DNA of 21,722 nucleotides from a candidate division WOR-3 bacterium (GTDB lineage: Bacteria; Hydrothermota; Tepidihabitantia; Tepidihabitantales; JAOUPE01), in the NCBI GenBank assembly GCA_039801565.1, contig JBDRUX010000035.1, positions 1-21,722 on the forward strand. Reading direction: 5' to 3'. A model generated the notes under the pieces. The model saw nothing but the letters and a program-made list of their open reading frames with translations. It searched no databases and was not told the DNA's origin. The position numbers and the translations under genes were made by a program. How positions within the stretch are numbered: position 1 is the stretch's first letter; each line of letters starts with the position of its first letter. Positions 16,837 to 21,722 of this stretch are shown piece by piece.

Positions 16837-17880
16837 TTATTTGGTTTTGATTAACAATTTTTCGTTGTGATGAATATCTTCTAAGACTCGGCCGGCGCCT
16901 AATACGACGCAATCGGTGGCATTGGCGGCGACATAGACGGGCAGATTGGTCTCTTCCGCGATTAGAAGGTCAAGTCCTTTTAGCAGTGAGCCACCACCTG
17001 CCATATAAATTCCGCGGTCAACAATATCGGCGGCTAATTCGGGCGGTGTTTTTTCCAAGGCAAGACGCACCGCCTCGACAATTAAAGTAACCGGTTCTTC
17101 TAAGGCTTCTCGAATCTTAGCTCCGGTGATTTTAATAGTCTTAGGGATACCCGAGACCAAATCTCTTCCCTTGACCTCCATAATTTCATCCTTGCCGGTA
17201 GCATAGGCCGAGCCGATTTTAATCTTAATCATTTCGGCAGTTTGTTCGCCGATAATTAGATTATAGTTCTTTTTAACATAATTGATGATAGCTTCATCCA
17301 TCTCATCACCAGCAATCCGAATTGAGTTGACATTCACGACACCGGAGAGGGCAACGACAGCAATTTCAGTAGTACCGCCGCCGATATCAACAATCATATT
17401 ACCGGTTGGAGCATCAACCGGCAAGCCGACACCAATCGCCGCAGCAATCGGTTCGGAGATGAGATAAATCTCACGGGCGCCGGTTGCCTCGACCGAATCG
17501 CGCACCGCGCGTTTTTCCACCTCAGTGATACCGGAGGGAACACAGATGATGACCCGAGGTCGCACAAAGAGTTTTTTCTTCTGGACCATTGTGATGAAAG
17601 TCTTCAGCATAATTTCAACAATGCCGAAATCGGCAATGACACCATCCTTCATCGGCCGGATTGCCTTGATGCCTTCTGGAGTCCTTCCCAGCATTTTTTT
17701 CGCTTCGTGCCCAACCGCCACAACATTTTGGGTTCCCTCCTCAATCGCAACGATTGATGGTTCGTACAATTGAATGCCTTTCCCTTTTACATATATGAGA
17801 GTAGTCGAGGTACCTAAATCAATCGCTACATCATTAGAAAAGCGTTCGGTGAGTTTTCGCCATAATGAACCAATTTGCAC
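16837..17880 (-). CDS. mreB: Rod shape-determining actin homologue MreB
   Basis: AIDLGT, RPMKDGVIADF, VPSGITEVEKRAV, VDIGGGTTE, LEKTPPELAADI and GGGSLL. GTG start. Confidence 0.98.
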   Translation of the reverse strand: MQIGSLWRKLTERFSNDVAIDLGTSTTLIYVKGKGIQLYEPSIVAIEEGTQNVVAVGHEAKKMLGRTPEGIKAIRPMKDGVIADFGIVEIMLKTFITMVQKKKLFVRPRVIICVPSGITEVEKRAVRDSVEATGAREIYLISEPIAAAIGVGLPVDAPTGNMIVDIGGGTTEIAVVALSGVVNVNSIRIAGDEMDEAIINYVKKNYNLIIGEQTAEMIKIKIGSAYATGKDEIMEVKGRDLVSGIPKTIKITGAKIREALEEPVTLIVEAVRLALEKTPPELAADIVDRGIYMAGGGSLLKGLDLLIAEETNLPVYVAANATDCVVLGAGRVLEDIHHNEKLLIKTK

Positions 17881-17886
17881 AGAAAT

Positions 17887-17914
17887 AGAGTATTAATAAA
17901 TTGGGAATTGTCAA
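17887..17914 (-). promoter_or_regulatory. Sigma-70-type promoter of the mre operon
   Basis: On the minus strand: TTGACA (17914-17909) - 16 nt - TACTCT (17892-17887) - 6 nt - GTG. Confidence 0.6.
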
Positions 17915-18031
17915 GTCAGTTTTAAATGTCTGTATTTAAGCGCAGAGTACCCGAAACGTCTGAAATAAGAATTTTAATTTTTAGCATTTTCGACCCACGG
18001 GTAATAAATAATTAACCACTACTGAATTGGG

Positions 18032-18059
18032 TTGACAATCGGTTGTAAGCCGATAAAAT
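18032..18059 (+). promoter_or_regulatory. Sigma-70-type promoter of the trmI-btu operon
   Basis: TTGACA (18032-18037) - 16 nt - TAAAAT (18054-18059) - 6 nt - ATG (18066). Confidence 0.7.
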
Positions 18060-18065
18060 TGAAAA

Positions 18066-18884
18066 ATGTTAAAGCCAACTGACCTCGTATTACTTTACAA
18101 TAGTGAGAAGGCTCAATACTTATTGAGTTTACCCGAAGCGGGTAGCTTTTCTACCCATAAGGGCAATATTGATTTAAAGGCGATTTTAGGTAAAGAGTAC
18201 GGCGATGCAATTAAAAGTCATACCGGTACGGTCTTTTATCTATTAAAACCAACTTTAGCCGATTTGGCACTAAAAGTAAAACGCACCACCACCATCGTCT
18301 ATCCCAAGGATGCCGGCCTTATGCTTTTACGGACAATAATTTTCCCTGGGGCAAAAGTTTGTGAAGTCGGTACCGGTAGCGGCGCTTTGACGATAATCTT
18401 AGCCAATTTTGTGCGACCAACCGGTAAAGTCTATACTTATGAAGTAAGAAAAGAATTCTTAGAAAATGCCCGTGCCAATGTGAAACGATTGGGCTTGGAA
18501 GAATGGGTCAATTTTATTGAAGCCGATGTGGAAAAAGTAGGATTTCAACAAACAGAAATGGATGCCATCTTTATTGACCTGCCCGAACCCTGGAGCGTAA
18601 TTGGTTGGGCAAAGAAGGCACTAAAGGGTGGCCACGCCTTAGTCACTTTAAGCCCAACGGTTGAACAGATTAGAAAGACGAAATCGGTCTTGGAATTAGA
18701 AGGATTTGTTCGGATTCGAGTTGTCGAATTATTGGAACGAGAAATCGCCGTGAAAATCTCCGGTACCCGACCCAAAGAAAGGATGGTATCGCATACTGCC
18801 TATCTCCTCTTTGCCCAAAAAATCAATGCCTCGCTCTCTGAGTTGCCCGAAAACCAAATAAAATTAGCCACCCCTGAGCAATGA
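18066..18884 (+). CDS. trmI: tRNA (adenine-58-N1)-methyltransferase, TrmI/Trm61 family
   Basis: F.THKG, KPTLAD...KR.TTIVYPKD, SAM-binding EVGTGSGALT, DAIFIDLPEPW, SPTVEQ and RP..RMVSHT.YL. Confidence 0.93.
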   Translation: MLKPTDLVLLYNSEKAQYLLSLPEAGSFSTHKGNIDLKAILGKEYGDAIKSHTGTVFYLLKPTLADLALKVKRTTTIVYPKDAGLMLLRTIIFPGAKVCEVGTGSGALTIILANFVRPTGKVYTYEVRKEFLENARANVKRLGLEEWVNFIEADVEKVGFQQTEMDAIFIDLPEPWSVIGWAKKALKGGHALVTLSPTVEQIRKTKSVLELEGFVRIRVVELLEREIAVKISGTRPKERMVSHTAYLLFAQKINASLSELPENQIKLATPEQ

Positions 18885-19720
18885 AGCAACTTTATTACAC
18901 TCACCATTTTGCATTGCAAAATTTATTAATTTTGTTTCTTTTGATAAGTTGGTTAGCCAGTTGTTCTCAACCAACTTTAGTGACACCAAAACGAGTTGTC
19001 AGTTTAGTGCCCAGTATCACGGAAATTATTTTTGCCTTGGGTTGTGAGGCTAATCTGGTTGGCAATACAGTCTATTGTGACTATCCCCCTGAGGCACAAA
19101 AGATTTACAAAGTCGGTGATTTCTCGAACCCGAGTTTAGAAAAGATTCTTGCCTTAAAGCCGGATATCGTCTTTGCCACAATGCCTGAACAAAAGATTAT
19201 AATCGAACGATTAAAAGAATTAAAGATTCGAGTCTTCATTTCTCAGCCGATAACGATTGATAGTATGTTTCAGGAGATAAGAACCATTGGCAAAATTTTA
19301 GGTAGACCCGAACGTGGCGAATCATTAGCGACAACGCTTGCTAAGGCTTGTCCAGCTGGTTTGGGAGATATTCCGGTCTATTTAGAGATAGCGCAAACAC
19401 CTTTGATGACGGTGGGTGGTAGTTCATTTATCAACGATGTGATAAGTCGGGCAGGAGGCAAGAATATCTTCGCCGATGTATCCCAAGAGTATCCGATAAT
19501 TGATCAAGAAGAGGTAATTAAACGCAATCCAGCCGTCATTTTTATTCTTCATCCCCAAGCCAAAAAAGAAGAAGTGAAAAAGCGTTTAGGCTGGCAAGAG
19601 ATTGCCGCAATAAAAAATAATAAAGTTTACGATGATGTGAATCCGGATTTGATTTTCCGTCCCGGACCGAGAATCGTCCAAGGAATTTCTGCCTTGGCAA
19701 TGAGGATTAAAAATAATTAA
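18881..19720 (+). CDS. btuF: Cobalamin (or Fe-siderophore) ABC transporter substrate-binding lipoprotein, BtuF-like
   Basis: Lipobox LASC. RVVSLVPSITEIIFALG, YCDYPPEA, P.LEKILALKPD, AGG.NIF and RPGPR. ATGA overlap with trmI. Confidence 0.8.
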   Translation: MKQLYYTHHFALQNLLILFLLISWLASCSQPTLVTPKRVVSLVPSITEIIFALGCEANLVGNTVYCDYPPEAQKIYKVGDFSNPSLEKILALKPDIVFATMPEQKIIIERLKELKIRVFISQPITIDSMFQEIRTIGKILGRPERGESLATTLAKACPAGLGDIPVYLEIAQTPLMTVGGSSFINDVISRAGGKNIFADVSQEYPIIDQEEVIKRNPAVIFILHPQAKKEEVKKRLGWQEIAAIKNNKVYDDVNPDLIFRPGPRIVQGISALAMRIKNN

Positions 19721-19727
19721 AATTGTG

Positions 19728-20657
19728 ATGAGTTGGTTTTGGCTTTTTCTCTTACTGGCTTTAGCGATGACTATTTCATTTTTGCTCGGTCCGACTGGAT
19801 TTTCTTTAGCTTCGCTTCAAATTCCGATTATGATTCGCCTGCCCCGAGTCTTGGCCGGAGTTTTCGCGGGTGGAATTCTATCCTCAGTTGGCGCAACTCT
19901 GCAAGGGTTACTCCAAAACCCTTTGGTTGACCCATATACCTTAGGTATCGCATCGGGTGCGGCATTTGGCACAAGCCTCGCTTTACTCTTTGGGACAAAA
20001 ACCAATATCTTGGTCTTTCTATTCTCTTTTGCCAGCGCGCTAATCACAATAATTTTTGTCTACGGTATTGCTCGCATTAAAGGTCGTATCACCAAAACCG
20101 GTTTAGTCTTAGCTGGTGTGATTGTCAGTTTCTTTTTCTCCAGTCTTGTGATGTTGACAATGGTATTTTCTCGTAAGCCGTTGACTCAGACCCTTTATCT
20201 CTTATTGGGACATTTAGGTATCGTCTTTACCGCCCAAAATTTTGTCTTATTCATTATTGCTTTATTATTAGCGATGGGTGGCTTTTGTTACCTATTCAGT
20301 TATTGGCGGACCTTGGATATTCTATCAACGAACGAAGAGGCAGCAGCCAGTCTTGGAATTGATACCAAAAAGGTGACACAAGAGATATTTATTGTCACCT
20401 CGCTTTTGGTGGGATTGGTTGTTTCCTTTACTGGTGCGATTAGTTTTATTGGTTTAATCATTCCGCATATCGTCCGGTTGATTTTTGGTCCGACGCATCG
20501 CCGACTATTGCCCTATTCTTTTCTTTTAGGCTCGAGCGGTTTACTTATTGCCGACATTTTAGCCCGCACACTTGCCCCAATTGAGTTACCATTAAGTATT
20601 GTCACTGCGCTTTTGGGTGTGCCATTTTTCATTTACCTTTTAAAAACCAAATTATGA
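19728..20657 (+). CDS. btuC: FecCD/BtuC-family ABC transporter permease
   Basis: IRLPRV, G..LQGLLQNPLVDPYTLGI.SGA, A.SLGI and G.I.FIGLIIPH.VR. Alternative GTG start at 19725. Substrate assigned from the BtuF-like neighbour. Confidence 0.8.
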   Translation: MSWFWLFLLLALAMTISFLLGPTGFSLASLQIPIMIRLPRVLAGVFAGGILSSVGATLQGLLQNPLVDPYTLGIASGAAFGTSLALLFGTKTNILVFLFSFASALITIIFVYGIARIKGRITKTGLVLAGVIVSFFFSSLVMLTMVFSRKPLTQTLYLLLGHLGIVFTAQNFVLFIIALLLAMGGFCYLFSYWRTLDILSTNEEAAASLGIDTKKVTQEIFIVTSLLVGLVVSFTGAISFIGLIIPHIVRLIFGPTHRRLLPYSFLLGSSGLLIADILARTLAPIELPLSIVTALLGVPFFIYLLKTKL

Positions 20658-21430
20658 ACGATGCCATAACTTTAAGAAATATCTCCTTCGGTTACGAGCA
20701 AAAACCTTTGCTCGATAATTTTTCTTTAACGGTCAAAACCGGTGAATTTTTTGGCATAATTGGTCCAAATGGGGCAGGTAAGACCACGATTCTTAAACTG
20801 ATGGCAGGTTTCTTAAGACCAAAGACCGGTGATGTCTTAATCTTTGATAAAGAGATAACTAAGATTAGCCGTCGGGAATTGGCAAAAACCATCGGCTTTG
20901 TGCCACAAGAGAATTTTTTTGCCTATGAATTTACGGTCTTCGATGTCGTGCTTTGGGGTCGTAACCCGTATTTGGGTCGTTTAGCCAATCCCAAACCGAT
21001 TGACTATGACAAGACGACCGAGGCATTGCGTCTAACTGATACTTTAAAGTTAAAAGATAAATCTATCAATCAGATTTCGGCAGGTGAGAGGCAAAGGGTC
21101 GTCTTAGCCCGAGCCTTGGCACAAGAGCCGAAGATACTCTTGTTAGACGAAGCAACCTCCCACCTGGATATTACCCATCAGGTCCAATTCGTTAAAATCC
21201 TAAAAAAGTTAAATGCAACTGGGATGACGATTGTATTCTTATCCCACGACATAAATTTAGCCAGTTTAATCTGCTCACGGATTTTATTATTAGACAATGG
21301 GACAGCGGTGGCGCTTGACCGCCCGGAACTGATTTTAAAATCCGAACTTATTGAGAAGGTATACAAACTGAAACCTTATTTCCAAAACCATCCCATAACT
21401 GGTATGCCTCAACTAATCTTACCGATTTAG
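20654..21430 (+). CDS. btuD: FepC/BtuD-family ABC transporter ATP-binding protein
   Basis: Walker A GPNGAGKTT, signature ISAGERQR, Walker B LLLDEATSHLD and H-loop SHD. Confidence 0.8.
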   Translation: MNDAITLRNISFGYEQKPLLDNFSLTVKTGEFFGIIGPNGAGKTTILKLMAGFLRPKTGDVLIFDKEITKISRRELAKTIGFVPQENFFAYEFTVFDVVLWGRNPYLGRLANPKPIDYDKTTEALRLTDTLKLKDKSINQISAGERQRVVLARALAQEPKILLLDEATSHLDITHQVQFVKILKKLNATGMTIVFLSHDINLASLICSRILLLDNGTAVALDRPELILKSELIEKVYKLKPYFQNHPITGMPQLILPI

Positions 21431-21532
21431 CTATTTGATTTTAAAGGTATAGTATCCAAGCCTAAGAAGGTAACTGGTTTAGCAAAAAAGAAAATATAAG
21501 CCTAACATCAGTACTGGTCTTTGTTCCAGAAA

Positions 21533-21626
21533 AAGTTGAAATATATTTCAACCTAAAAATGACCGATTTTTTCGTCTATCATCTTGGTCGTCCGTCACTT
21601 ATGCCAATTTTTTCCTTGGGAGGGGG
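21533..21626 (-). repeat. Right copy of the 94-bp inverted repeat (partner 1..94)
   Basis: Reverse complement matches 1..94 at 81/94 positions. The palindrome is at 21535-21552. Confidence 0.95.
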
Positions 21627-21642
21627 TATCGTATAGGGGGTG

Positions 21643-21722
21643 ACCCCGTAGGCTACCCCCTAAGCTACCCCGTAGGCTGCCTTGGGAGTTGGTTGGGGAG
21701 CAAGTTAGGGGGTTGGTTGGTA
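21643..21722. repeat. 12-bp-period tandem repeats: a C-rich block followed by a G-rich block, running off the window end
   Basis: ACCCCGTAGGCT ACCCCCTAAGCT ACCCCGTAGGCT (21643-21678), then TTGGGAGTTGGT TGGGGAGCAAGT TAGGGGGTTGGT (21682-21717). Confidence 0.8.

Noticed and set aside
17915..18031. Riboswitch or ncRNA in the divergent mreB/trmI intergenic region
   Set aside because: Both promoters abut their start codons, leaving no leader, and no recognisable aptamer motifs are present.
71..21366. Numerous short antisense or out-of-frame ORFs in the track (e.g. 575..919, 5231..5548, 8956..9240, 14445..14828, 17525..17773)
   Set aside because: They are shadows of well-supported genes with no independent coding evidence.
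21458..21520. Imperfect direct repeat AAGCCTAA-N7-ACTGGT at 40-bp spacing after the ABC ATPase
   Set aside because: There are only two short copies, so it cannot be distinguished from chance or assigned a function.
1..21722. Whole window as a transposon or composite mobile element bounded by terminal inverted repeats
   Set aside because: No transposase, integrase or replication gene is present, the cargo is core housekeeping (mre, rodA, trmI), and the repeat extends outward beyond the window instead of ending there.
21643..21722. CRISPR array or telomere-like end
   Set aside because: The units are 12 bp, contiguous and degenerate, with no spacers and no cas genes.

Overview
Bacterial (diderm) genomic window, possibly a whole assembly contig. 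The gene content suggests an FCB-adjacent lineage such as candidate division WOR-3 (inference only). From left to right: (1) a small XRE-family HTH gene whose promoter overlaps a perfect 18-bp palindrome; (2) a lone histidine ammonia-lyase (hutH); (3) a tightly coupled 8-gene, ~8.9-kb envelope operon behind a consensus sigma-54 promoter with an IHF site. It encodes an Ig-repeat protein with a T9SS-CTD/FlgD-Ig-like C-terminus, a PorV/PorQ-like barrel fused to an FlgD-Ig domain, an 849-aa TPR protein, ExbB, two ExbD paralogues (the second has Cys in place of the proton-conducting Asp), TonB, and an FlgD-Ig + degenerate OmpA-like protein; (4) on the minus strand, mreB-mreC-mreD-mrdA-rodA and a dCMP deaminase; (5) divergently, a TrmI-type tRNA m1A58 methyltransferase coupled to a BtuF/BtuC/BtuD-type ABC importer. 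The two window ends carry a 94-bp inverted repeat (81/94 identical), and the right copy continues into 12-bp-period G/C-rich tandem repeats. Five promoter-proximal genes have sigma-70-type promoters abutting their start codons, suggesting leaderless mRNAs. The best candidate for an undescribed system is the sigma-54-controlled operon joining PorV/CTD-like parts, a TPR scaffold and an ExbB-ExbD-ExbD*-TonB motor.
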